Shown here piece by piece: positions 17,121-25,425 of a stretch of DNA of 32,000 nt (its first letter is position 1; every line of letters starts with the position of its first letter). The DNA is taken from sequence record OP503990.1, one strand, 5' to 3'. This DNA is from Paenibacillus phage Dash. Made by a program: the position numbers and the translations under genes. The notes under the pieces are model-generated. The model saw only the letters and a list, made by a program, of their open reading frames with translations, was not told the origin of the DNA and ran no database searches.

Positions 17121-17139
17121 TTTTGGAAAGGGGATAAAC

Positions 17140-19419
17140 ATGACCGACAAACAAAAAAGAGATTACCTACCTATTTTAGGTAATGGTGAGCAAATGATTG
17201 AACCGATTAAAAAAAAGATGAGGGGGGGTGAAAAGCCATATCCAAGAAGTTATGATGAAGCTAAAAATAGAATAAAAAGACAATTAGAAGAGATACAGGG
17301 ACACATTAAAGAAATACCAGAAGAGAACAGAATGGACGAAATAGTTCTGACATTAAGGCTTAACGAAGATTTTCTAGCGAAAACATACATTCCGGACACA
17401 TTTTTCAAAAAGACAAGATTTGAAAATATTGGCTCTAGACGTTGGGTTTTTGAGAAGGATTCTAAAATGAAATACAGTAAAATGCATTTTGTAAAGGTTG
17501 ATCAAGAATCATTATCTTCCCTCCAGCAAATTCTTGACTCTACTGGTAATGCTTTGACTAAAAGTTTCAAAAATGATATTCGAAAAATTGAAGAGTTCTC
17601 GCTTTTAAGGAATGATGAAATAATTCAAGGTTTTGACGACGATTGGATGGAAGGAACTGTAGAGTTTGTTCTCCATCCTTATGGTCATGAGAATGAAGAG
17701 ATGATTGAAAAGTTTAAACGAAATCTAATATCACTCGGGGTCAAGGGGAATACTATTAAACTTAAAACCTATGATGGTGGACCTACTTTTGTAAGTGCAC
17801 TCGTCAATAGAAAGGTTATAAATAATATTGCAAACTTTAACCCATTAAGAACAGTTCATCCACTAAAAATCAATTTTTTTCCTGAATTAAGAGGATCCTT
17901 TACTGACCATAACTTACTCTTGCCTCCTTTAGGCGAAAACATTTCACAAATAAAGGTAGGAGTTTTTGATGGAGGTATCAATCCTACCCATCCTTTTTTA
18001 GCTAAGTTCAGTAAAGAGAATAAGGCAGTTAGTTCAAATGCGACAAAAGAAGGAATCAAACATGGGACAGCGGTGGCCGGGGTCGTTTTATACGGAGATT
18101 TAAATCAATATGAAGCAAATTCGCATTTAGATGACCCAGTTTTGTTTGTTGAAAGTTTTCGAGTACTGCCTTTAAGTGATCCGAAAGATTTTGATCTATA
18201 CGAAGCCATTGAATTTATAGAACAAGTTGTTCCAAATAGACATGACATTGATGTTTATAATTTATCATTTGGACCAACAGGTCCAATATTTGATGATGAA
18301 ATTTCAAGATTTACATATGCATTGGATACATTAGCTTGGAATTACCAGAAACTTTTTGTTGTGGCTGTTGGGAATGATGGAGAAGCACCTTCACCTTATA
18401 ACAGGGTACAGGCTCCAGCAGATTTAGTTAATGGATTAGGTGTAGGGGCGTATACTTTTAATTATGATACTGCTGAACGAATCAGAGCTAGCTACAGTTG
18501 TATTGGTGATGGAAGAGAGGGATGCAAGGTAAAGCCTGACGTCTGCGCTTTTGGAGGAGATAGTCGATATCCTATTCACCTTATAAATTCTTCAGATTCT
18601 AAAGAGAAATTGCTTTCTGCTGGCACAAGTTATTCGGCTCCAATTATATCAAGTAAGGCAGCAGAAATTTTAGGAAGGTGTAGCCGATTTACACCACTAG
18701 TAGCTAGGGCATTATTAATACATACAGCTCAGAACCCGAACAGAGTAGATAATAGTATTGGTTATGGAATTATTGATCAAAGTGTTGATGAAATTTTAAA
18801 GTGTGACAAAAATCACGTAAATATTATATATACTAATTCAATGAATCCTACAGGTATGGCAAAGCTTCCGATACCGTTGCCTTTAAATAGTTCAATAACT
18901 TCTAATGTGAATTTTTCATGGACAATTGCAACTTTATCTAAGGCAAATGCTTTACATGTAGAAGATTACACTGAATCTACAATTGAGGACACCTTCTATC
19001 CACATGATAAAAAATACAATTTCACTAAAAAAGATTGTAAAATTGAAACTTTTCATATTGTTGAAGATAAAGATAAAATTCAAGAATTTTTATCTAATGG
19101 ATACCAACAATCATTACTGCCTAAATCCGCTGATACCACAAAATACAAAACTGAATCAGAAAAAAGAAACGAACTAAAATGGGATACAGTGGTAAAAAGA
19201 TGGAAAAACATGAGAGCATCTTCGTTGGAAAATCCATTTTTGGTTCTTCATGGAATTGGGAGAAATGGAAGTATTGACAGAATTGACTATGCTGTTATTG
19301 TTACAATCAGTATCCCTAAATACAAAGATAACCTATACGAGGAGATTTTAAATGAATTTAAAGTTTTGGAGCCAATAGAAATAAGAAGTAGAAATGAAGT
19401 CTTGACTTCAATAAGATAA
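17140..19419 (+). CDS. ietS: anti-phage subtilisin-like S8 peptidase IetS-like
   Basis: S8 triad motifs: KVGVFDGGINPTHPF (Asp), IKHGTAVAGVVLYG (His), LSAGTSYSAPIISSKAAEIL (Ser); two-gene operon with AAA ATPase 20 bp upstream. Confidence 0.86.
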   Translation: MTDKQKRDYLPILGNGEQMIEPIKKKMRGGEKPYPRSYDEAKNRIKRQLEEIQGHIKEIPEENRMDEIVLTLRLNEDFLAKTYIPDTFFKKTRFENIGSRRWVFEKDSKMKYSKMHFVKVDQESLSSLQQILDSTGNALTKSFKNDIRKIEEFSLLRNDEIIQGFDDDWMEGTVEFVLHPYGHENEEMIEKFKRNLISLGVKGNTIKLKTYDGGPTFVSALVNRKVINNIANFNPLRTVHPLKINFFPELRGSFTDHNLLLPPLGENISQIKVGVFDGGINPTHPFLAKFSKENKAVSSNATKEGIKHGTAVAGVVLYGDLNQYEANSHLDDPVLFVESFRVLPLSDPKDFDLYEAIEFIEQVVPNRHDIDVYNLSFGPTGPIFDDEISRFTYALDTLAWNYQKLFVVAVGNDGEAPSPYNRVQAPADLVNGLGVGAYTFNYDTAERIRASYSCIGDGREGCKVKPDVCAFGGDSRYPIHLINSSDSKEKLLSAGTSYSAPIISSKAAEILGRCSRFTPLVARALLIHTAQNPNRVDNSIGYGIIDQSVDEILKCDKNHVNIIYTNSMNPTGMAKLPIPLPLNSSITSNVNFSWTIATLSKANALHVEDYTESTIEDTFYPHDKKYNFTKKDCKIETFHIVEDKDKIQEFLSNGYQQSLLPKSADTTKYKTESEKRNELKWDTVVKRWKNMRASSLENPFLVLHGIGRNGSIDRIDYAVIVTISIPKYKDNLYEEILNEFKVLEPIEIRSRNEVLTSIR

Positions 19420-19541
19420 CATTTGAGATTGGAAGATGATTGATAAACGGTTAATCAACGAAAGCCGTTTCACATTAACAAGGTATCTAAATTGCTCCTT
19501 TACTTACAGTAGAGGACTAACAAAGGTTTCGGCTCGCTGAA

Positions 19542-19566
19542 CCCATTAATCAGCGGCCATACGAAC
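19542..19566 (+). repeat. exact 25-bp direct repeat, copy 1 (aacccattaatcagcggccatacga)
   Basis: Identical to 21642-21666. Confidence 0.9.
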
Positions 19567-19588
19567 CAGTCACTTGGCTGGTTTTTTG
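19566..19588 (+). terminator. rho-independent terminator downstream of ietS
   Basis: AACCAG-tcacttgg-CTGGTT followed by a T run. Confidence 0.7.
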
Positions 19589-19673
19589 TTTGCTTTTATC
19601 CTACAATAAAGCAAGGAAACATTTCCAAGTACATTGATTGATTTTAAAAATTTCACAAAAGAGGTGGAGGATC

Positions 19674-20741
19674 TTGGAGGCAAGTAATCGCTTTTCCAAG
19701 TTTATTCCTGATCGTCTTATTGAGGCCAGAGAAGCTAGGGGGTTTACTTTAACGGATCTAGCGAACATCGTTGAAATATCACATCAGGCAATATCTAAAT
19801 ATGAAAAAGAAAAAGCTACCCCGAATCATGATACACTTGAGAAGCTTTCTGATGCATTACATGTTCCTGTCACCTACTTTTATAAAAGTTATCCTAAGAA
19901 AGTTGATGGTGTCATTTATTTTAGAAGTATGGCAATGGCTACTCGAAAATCAAAGAACATCCATCTTCATAAGATTAGTTGGATTAAGGAAATTCATAAA
20001 TACCTGGAACAATATTTCAATTTTCCAAAATTGAATGTTCCGCAGTTTATAACAAGACAAGAATATTACCCAACCCCTTTTGAAGAGATCGATCAGATTG
20101 CTATGGAAGTTCGCAAACTCTGGAATTTGGGGAATGGCTCAATCAGTAATGTGGTGTTGCTTTTAGAAAAAGCTGGCATCATTGTATCTCGGGCTCCTTC
20201 TTCTTCATATAAAATCGATGCTTGTTCGATTTGGGAGCCAGATGAGCGGCCATATGTTCTTTTAAGCAACGATAAAACATCTTCAAGGTCTAGATTCGAT
20301 ATTGCCCATGAACTTGGTCACCTCATATTGCATTCGAAATTAAAAAAAAGCGAGTTTAATAAAAAAGAAAACTACAAGCTAATAGAAAAAGAGGATCATC
20401 GATTTGCGAGCGCATTTTTATTACCTGCTCCCAGTTTCGGTAGCGAGATAGTATCAACGTCAATCGAACATTTTATCTCATTAAAAAAGCGTTGGAAAGT
20501 ATCCATTCAAGCTATGGCATATAGGGCTAACTCGTTAGGTATCCTCAGTGAACATCAGCATATTTATATAAGAAAGAAATTAGCGAAAAATAATCAATTA
20601 ATTAAGGAACCTTTAGATGGAGGAAATGAACTACCTTTCGAAGAGCCTTCAGCACTTAAACAAGCAATTGAAGCTTTAGTGAATCATAAAATTAAGAATA
20701 TGCCCTGCTGGATATACTGGCAAGGCATATTTTCAACTTAA
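19674..20741 (+). CDS. XRE-family HTH + ImmA/IrrE zinc metallopeptidase protein
   Basis: HTH: LIEAREARGFTLTDLANIVEISHQAISKYEKEKATP; metallopeptidase: SRFDIAHELGHLILH; RBS gaggtggag before TTG 19674 (track start is 19638). Confidence 0.92.
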   Translation: MEASNRFSKFIPDRLIEAREARGFTLTDLANIVEISHQAISKYEKEKATPNHDTLEKLSDALHVPVTYFYKSYPKKVDGVIYFRSMAMATRKSKNIHLHKISWIKEIHKYLEQYFNFPKLNVPQFITRQEYYPTPFEEIDQIAMEVRKLWNLGNGSISNVVLLLEKAGIIVSRAPSSSYKIDACSIWEPDERPYVLLSNDKTSSRSRFDIAHELGHLILHSKLKKSEFNKKENYKLIEKEDHRFASAFLLPAPSFGSEIVSTSIEHFISLKKRWKVSIQAMAYRANSLGILSEHQHIYIRKKLAKNNQLIKEPLDGGNELPFEEPSALKQAIEALVNHKIKNMPCWIYWQGIFST

Positions 20742-20868
20742 CCACCGTACTATCCATATTATTGTACTTCCCCTATATCCCCTCTCATCTATTCCTAAGC
20801 TACAGAAGTATGAATACATCTTATGAAGTTCCATTGCAGTTTTTATTGTTCTTTGACACAAGCGATCT

Positions 20869-20909
20869 GGTTGCAAAAACGGGTACATTATAGCAGAATG
20901 GTTGCAAAA
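20869..20909 (+). repeat. GGTTGCAAAA site pair A (31-bp period)
   Basis: GGTTGCAAAA at 20869-20878 and 20900-20909. Confidence 0.8.
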
Positions 20910-20983
20910 GCATAAAGAGGTGGGAAGGGTAAATGAGTAAGTGGTGGTAATCCATGAAAAAAATTTTTTCTTCAAGAAGATGA

Positions 20984-21472
20984 GTGAAAATGATACAAAC
21001 AGAAGAAAGAGCAAAAACAATTCAGGAACCAACCGTCCATGATGTGGCAAAAGCATTTCTTCGCTTGGAATCAATGACTCCAAAAAAGTTGCAAAAGCTA
21101 TGCTACTATGCCTACTCTTTTTATCTTGCTATTTATGAGAAAAAGTTGTTTGATGACAATTTTGAGGCTTGGGTTCATGGACCTGTGAATCCTCAACTGT
21201 ATACTGAATATCGAGAATATGGTTGGCAAGAGATACCTCAGGAAATCAATTACCCAAATTCCATTATGAAAAATGAACGAGTAAGGGAAATAATTGAAGA
21301 AGTATACGAATCATACGGACATCTGGATGGTAGCCAATTAGAGTATTTAACACGTCAAGAAGATCCTTGGAAAAATGCTAGGAACCGGTTACAGCCGTAT
21401 GAATCTTCAAGAAATGTTATTGATGATGAAGATATTCGTAGTTATTATGTTGGACTCTTGAGAAATTGCTAA
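20984..21472 (+). CDS. Panacea (SocA-like/DUF4065) domain protein
   Basis: TVHDVAKAFLRLES..TPKKLQKLCYYAYSFYLAIYEKKLFDDNFEAWVHGPVNPQLYTEYREYGWQEIP: diagnostic Panacea pattern. Confidence 0.9.
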   Translation: MKMIQTEERAKTIQEPTVHDVAKAFLRLESMTPKKLQKLCYYAYSFYLAIYEKKLFDDNFEAWVHGPVNPQLYTEYREYGWQEIPQEINYPNSIMKNERVREIIEEVYESYGHLDGSQLEYLTRQEDPWKNARNRLQPYESSRNVIDDEDIRSYYVGLLRNC

Positions 21473-21490
21473 AGAAAGATTAAAAAAACT

Positions 21491-21632
21491 CTTGACAAAA
21501 GCTCTTTGCAACCATCTCACCCAAAAACCCTTGTTTTTGCAACCAGTAGAAACCTTACTTAAGTACAATATGGATGGTAAAGCACCATTACAGAAAGAGC
21601 CTTTGAGTAAGCACCTCAAGACTCTTTTTTTT
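21491..21632 (+). repeat. long direct repeat copy C: inverted-orientation 31-bp site pair, -10-like box, small hairpin, terminator
   Basis: 21491-21544 matches 25426-25479 at 50/54 positions; both continue with a TA(C/T)AATATGG box and AGAGCCTTTGAG...CTCAAG.CTCT terminator. Confidence 0.85.
21596..21632 (+). terminator. terminator of repeat copy C
   Basis: agagcctttgag-taagcac-ctcaagactct followed by T run. Confidence 0.75.
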
Positions 21633-21641
21633 GTTTCTTTA

Positions 21642-21666
21642 AACCCATTAATCAGCGGCCATACGA
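21642..21666 (+). repeat. exact 25-bp direct repeat, copy 2 (aacccattaatcagcggccatacga)
   Basis: Identical to 19542-19566. Confidence 0.9.
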
Positions 21667-21698
21667 CCAGTTTTTGTTTTCCTTAACACAAACGGTCT

Positions 21699-21739
21699 GG
21701 TTGCAAAAATTAGTTCTTAATTGGAGAATGGTTGCAAAA
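21699..21739 (+). repeat. GGTTGCAAAA site pair B (31-bp period)
   Basis: GGTTGCAAAA at 21699-21708 and 21730-21739. Confidence 0.8.
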
Positions 21740-22361
21740 GCATAATGAGGTGCTTATAGGTGACGGGATAGAGATGAAAGAAGCATCGAAGAATAGAAGT
21801 CTTATTCAAAAAGTCGGGAGATTTTAACGAGATAATGGGCCTGTTTTAGGTTTACTCTTTTTTTGATTTTTGAAACATCGATTTTCTAACGAACAGTTTA
21901 TTATAAAAAGCATATATATTTCCATTTGTTAGTGGAATAATTCACCTCCATTAATTTACTAATATATATTTTACTGAATTTGAGTCCGAATTGAGGAAAG
22001 TGCCATAAAACCCATAGGAACTAAATATATTTTCACCCCGATAAATTATTTTTTTCAAAATATTTTTTATTTATGATATTATTTAATTTGTGTTTATAAA
22101 AACAATTACACTATTTTCCATAAAGGAGTGGTTCTAACGTAAACATTTCTTTATATTTGACAGAAAATGTAATTAGGGGTAGTTTTACTAAAAATTAAAA
22201 GGAGATAGATATCTGAAATTATAAAAATTAAGACTAATTTATTTTGAATGTTTACGTTATTACATAAATTTTTTGAAAGGAATAGATGAAGCTAACAATT
22301 GATATTTATTCTCAGTTGTTAAAGTAGAGTCAAAACTGAAGGATTTCTATGTAACTGAAAG

Positions 22362-25298
22362 GTGATAAAAATGCTGCAAAAAATGAATATCATGGTAAAA
22401 AAAACGTTACTAGTTCTGATGATTACTGTATTACTAGGAGGAAGTATTCTTCCTATTCAAGGAACAACTCATGCGCAACCTCCAAATAACCCAAATGGCG
22501 CTCAAGCTGCTACTATCCGATGGATAAGTGAATTATCTTTTGAAATCTTAGCCATGTATTTACATAGAAGCTTGCCAGCTGAACTATTTGACATTGGTTT
22601 TAGTTGGAGAAATAACGAGATAACAGATGAAGATGGCAAAACGAAGATACCTGAACGGCAGAGATTATTAAGATGGGATAGGCGTCCCCCTAATGAAATT
22701 CTTATAAATGGGTTTGTTCCACAAGTTATAAATGCAGATCCTAGTCTGGAAGAAACAAACTTGTTTAGGTATGTAAAATCAAATACAAAATCTATATTTG
22801 TTTCGACCACAAAAACGAAATATAAAAACGGTAAAAGGTATCAGCCTTGGAGCCCAAGAACAAGGGATAATGGAATTGTATACCAGTATGAGATTTTTGC
22901 GCCGGGAGGTGTAGATGTGAACAGGTCTTTTGGAGAACAATCTCCGTGGCCAAATCAGCTAGAAGTAGCTTTTCCAGGAGGAATTCGTCCCGAATTTATT
23001 CGATCTGTTCGAGAACTGCAGAATGGTCGAATTCAAAGAATTTGGATAAACCCAAACTTTCAAGACCCAGGAAACTTAGAAGGAATATCAGCTTCATCTA
23101 GTACAGAACAAGTAATGTGGCACCCAGACCATCCAGATGGTAATCATAAAGATCCTAATGTTTATAGCAGCACCAATTCAGACGAAGATATGTTTGGACC
23201 TAATGGTGATGTACCGGATGAGGAGGAACTCCCCATTATTAACAACAGAATTGCAGATGGGGAGTACCAAATTAAGACTAGTTTAACTCAAGACATGGCA
23301 GCAACTCTCAACCTGGATTCAAGTGAAGTTGGATCGCCACACCTTGTATCATCATTAAATCAACGTTATGATAATCAAAAATGGATCTTTATTTATGATA
23401 ATTCTAAACAAGCTTATAAAATAAAAAGTCGTCAAAAACAAGATCTAGTATTGTCTTTAGCAGCCGAAGCAGCAGTTATTAGGGGTTGGAAAGATAATGG
23501 AGAGGATGGCCAGTATTGGAGGATAGAATCTACAAATGATGGGTGTTACAAGGTTGTGAGTTATGCTAATTCCAAAATAGTTCTAGATTTGGATCAAAGC
23601 AACACTAGTAATGGAACACGGATACAAGGATATTTGGACAATGGATCAGGAGCTCAAAAATGGGCAATAACCCCTGTTATGAATCAAACAATAAAAGACG
23701 GAGAATACCAAATAAAAACTAGTTTAGATCTCAACATTGTAGCAGGGGTTTCTTCAGATGACAATGATGTTAAACTAATTGAAAATATAAGAACAGATGA
23801 TGAAAAGTGGAACTTTGTTTATGATAGTAGTAAAGAAGCTTATGTAATAAAAAATGCTAAAAATCCAGAACTATTCTTGACTATGAACAGAAAAGAAATT
23901 ACTGTTGATGAATTTTCAACTTATAATCAATTTTGGTATGTAGAAAGGACTTCTGACGGGTATTTTAAACTTAGAAATGCAGATGATCCATCTCTGGTTA
24001 TAGGATTAGAAGCAGGCAGTGCCGAAAATCATAACCTATTGGAGGGAAGGCCTGATACTAAAGAAAAGGATCAAAGATGGGCAATAACCCCTGTTATGAA
24101 TCAAACAATTGATGATGGTGAGTACGAGATTAAAGATGGCCAAAATGATATTTATTTGCCAGAGTTAACTTCTAGTAATGAAGTCAAATCAAATGAATAT
24201 AATCATGGAGAGAATCAAAGGTGGAAATTTACATTTAGTCCCGATAAACAAGCATATAAAATAACGAGTGTGAGTAATCCCCATGTAGCTTTTAGCTGGG
24301 ATAGTAATAATTCTAACGAAATCATAGGATGTGAAGATCAGGGATTTAGTGATCAATATTGGTATATTGAAAAAACGTCAGATGGTTTATACAAATTAAG
24401 AAATTATAAAGATCCAAGTGCTGTTCTAGATTTTGGAAAAATAGGACAAGCAAGTGTAGCTTATCAGGGTACTAAATTGATTTTACAACGAACAGATCGA
24501 CCCATTATAAAGGATGGGATGTACAATGTTTCAAGTAAAGTCGATTATGAGGAAGTAATAGATCATGACAAGGATGCAGCTCATTTAGTAAATTATGATA
24601 ATAATAATTGTTGGGAGTTTGTTTGGAATTCTGATAAAAAGGCATACGAAATTCGTTCCCATCGTGATTCTAATCAACGCTTAAGCACTACAGGATCTGG
24701 CTCTCCTGTTATAGAGAAAGATGAACTAAAAAGGAGTGCTGATGATTTAAATGCATATTGGATTATAGAATATGGTATTAAAGGGGAAGGTTTTCTAATT
24801 AGGAATTTAAATCATCCTGAACAATTATTACGAAACTCTGGTGGTTTTCTTCACGTTGATTATCACGATGACGATTCTGAAAATCAATTGTGGAATTTCT
24901 TACCTCATTGTTTTTCAAAAGTACTAGTGGATGATAATTTTGAAAATTGGGATAGTAGTATTTTTGACAATGATGGGATTTCTACGATAAGTAATGGATC
25001 GTTAATTCTTAAAAAAGATTCTTCCCTTAAATCTAAGGAAATAAAGGTCGAAGAAGGAAAATATCGTGTCAAATTAAGAAATGTTTCAGGTGGTATGTGT
25101 CTTGATGTAAATGATAATGAAGGTAAAGATGTAACCGATCTATGCACTGGTCGAAATAATGATGAAGTTGTTATAGATTTTAACATTCTATCTTCTACAG
25201 GTCTTATATTTAATTTAACATCATATGGTAATAGTGTTGAAGATTCTTTGGATGGTTTTAAGCTAGAACAATTTAAAAAATTTACGGACACAAAGTAA
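22362..25298 (+). CDS. plx1: secreted ADP-ribosyltransferase + ricin-B-type AB toxin, MTX/pierisin family, Plx1-like
   Basis: Signal peptide (MVKKTLLVLMITVLLGGSILPIQGTTHA), ART motifs RLLRWDRRPPNEILINGF, SIFVSTT, Y.YEIFAPGGVDVN, NQLEVAFPGGI, IQRIWINPNF; then repeated QxW-type motifs (NQKW, GQYW, AQKW, NQFW, DQRW, NQRW, DQYW, NQLW). Confidence 0.92.
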   Translation: MIKMLQKMNIMVKKTLLVLMITVLLGGSILPIQGTTHAQPPNNPNGAQAATIRWISELSFEILAMYLHRSLPAELFDIGFSWRNNEITDEDGKTKIPERQRLLRWDRRPPNEILINGFVPQVINADPSLEETNLFRYVKSNTKSIFVSTTKTKYKNGKRYQPWSPRTRDNGIVYQYEIFAPGGVDVNRSFGEQSPWPNQLEVAFPGGIRPEFIRSVRELQNGRIQRIWINPNFQDPGNLEGISASSSTEQVMWHPDHPDGNHKDPNVYSSTNSDEDMFGPNGDVPDEEELPIINNRIADGEYQIKTSLTQDMAATLNLDSSEVGSPHLVSSLNQRYDNQKWIFIYDNSKQAYKIKSRQKQDLVLSLAAEAAVIRGWKDNGEDGQYWRIESTNDGCYKVVSYANSKIVLDLDQSNTSNGTRIQGYLDNGSGAQKWAITPVMNQTIKDGEYQIKTSLDLNIVAGVSSDDNDVKLIENIRTDDEKWNFVYDSSKEAYVIKNAKNPELFLTMNRKEITVDEFSTYNQFWYVERTSDGYFKLRNADDPSLVIGLEAGSAENHNLLEGRPDTKEKDQRWAITPVMNQTIDDGEYEIKDGQNDIYLPELTSSNEVKSNEYNHGENQRWKFTFSPDKQAYKITSVSNPHVAFSWDSNNSNEIIGCEDQGFSDQYWYIEKTSDGLYKLRNYKDPSAVLDFGKIGQASVAYQGTKLILQRTDRPIIKDGMYNVSSKVDYEEVIDHDKDAAHLVNYDNNNCWEFVWNSDKKAYEIRSHRDSNQRLSTTGSGSPVIEKDELKRSADDLNAYWIIEYGIKGEGFLIRNLNHPEQLLRNSGGFLHVDYHDDDSENQLWNFLPHCFSKVLVDDNFENWDSSIFDNDGISTISNGSLILKKDSSLKSKEIKVEEGKYRVKLRNVSGGMCLDVNDNEGKDVTDLCTGRNNDEVVIDFNILSSTGLIFNLTSYGNSVEDSLDGFKLEQFKKFTDTK

Positions 25299-25309
25299 AA
25301 TGGGAAATT

Positions 25310-25341
25310 AAAATAACCTGTCTATGTGGCAGGTTATTTTT
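25310..25341 (+). terminator. rho-independent terminator after the toxin gene
   Basis: AAAATAACCTG-tctatgtgg-CAGGTTATTTT + T run. Confidence 0.85.
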
Positions 25342-25425
25342 TTCCATTGATCTCTTCTATGTTAGCCCGGTAATACTTTTTCAATTGGTTGTAGGCAAGA
25401 TTGTCAATAAAAACGTTACATAGGT

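Noticed and set aside
18983-19177. Small internal plus-strand ORF within ietS (64 aa)
   Set aside because: Out-of-frame ORF in AT-rich coding DNA with no support.
21491-21544. TTGACA at 21492-21497 and 25427-25432 as -35 boxes of a strong promoter
   Set aside because: No acceptable -10 lies 16-18 bp downstream (sequence there is cAACCATCTCACCC); the only -10-like boxes are ~70 bp away.
21492-21686. Plus-strand 64-aa ORF over repeat copy C
   Set aside because: Runs through a terminator hairpin and T run; frame is not conserved in copy D.
22502-22810. Minus-strand ORF inside the toxin gene as a possible immunity protein
   Set aside because: No ribosome-binding context or recognisable domain; fully embedded in the conserved ADP-ribosyltransferase coding region.
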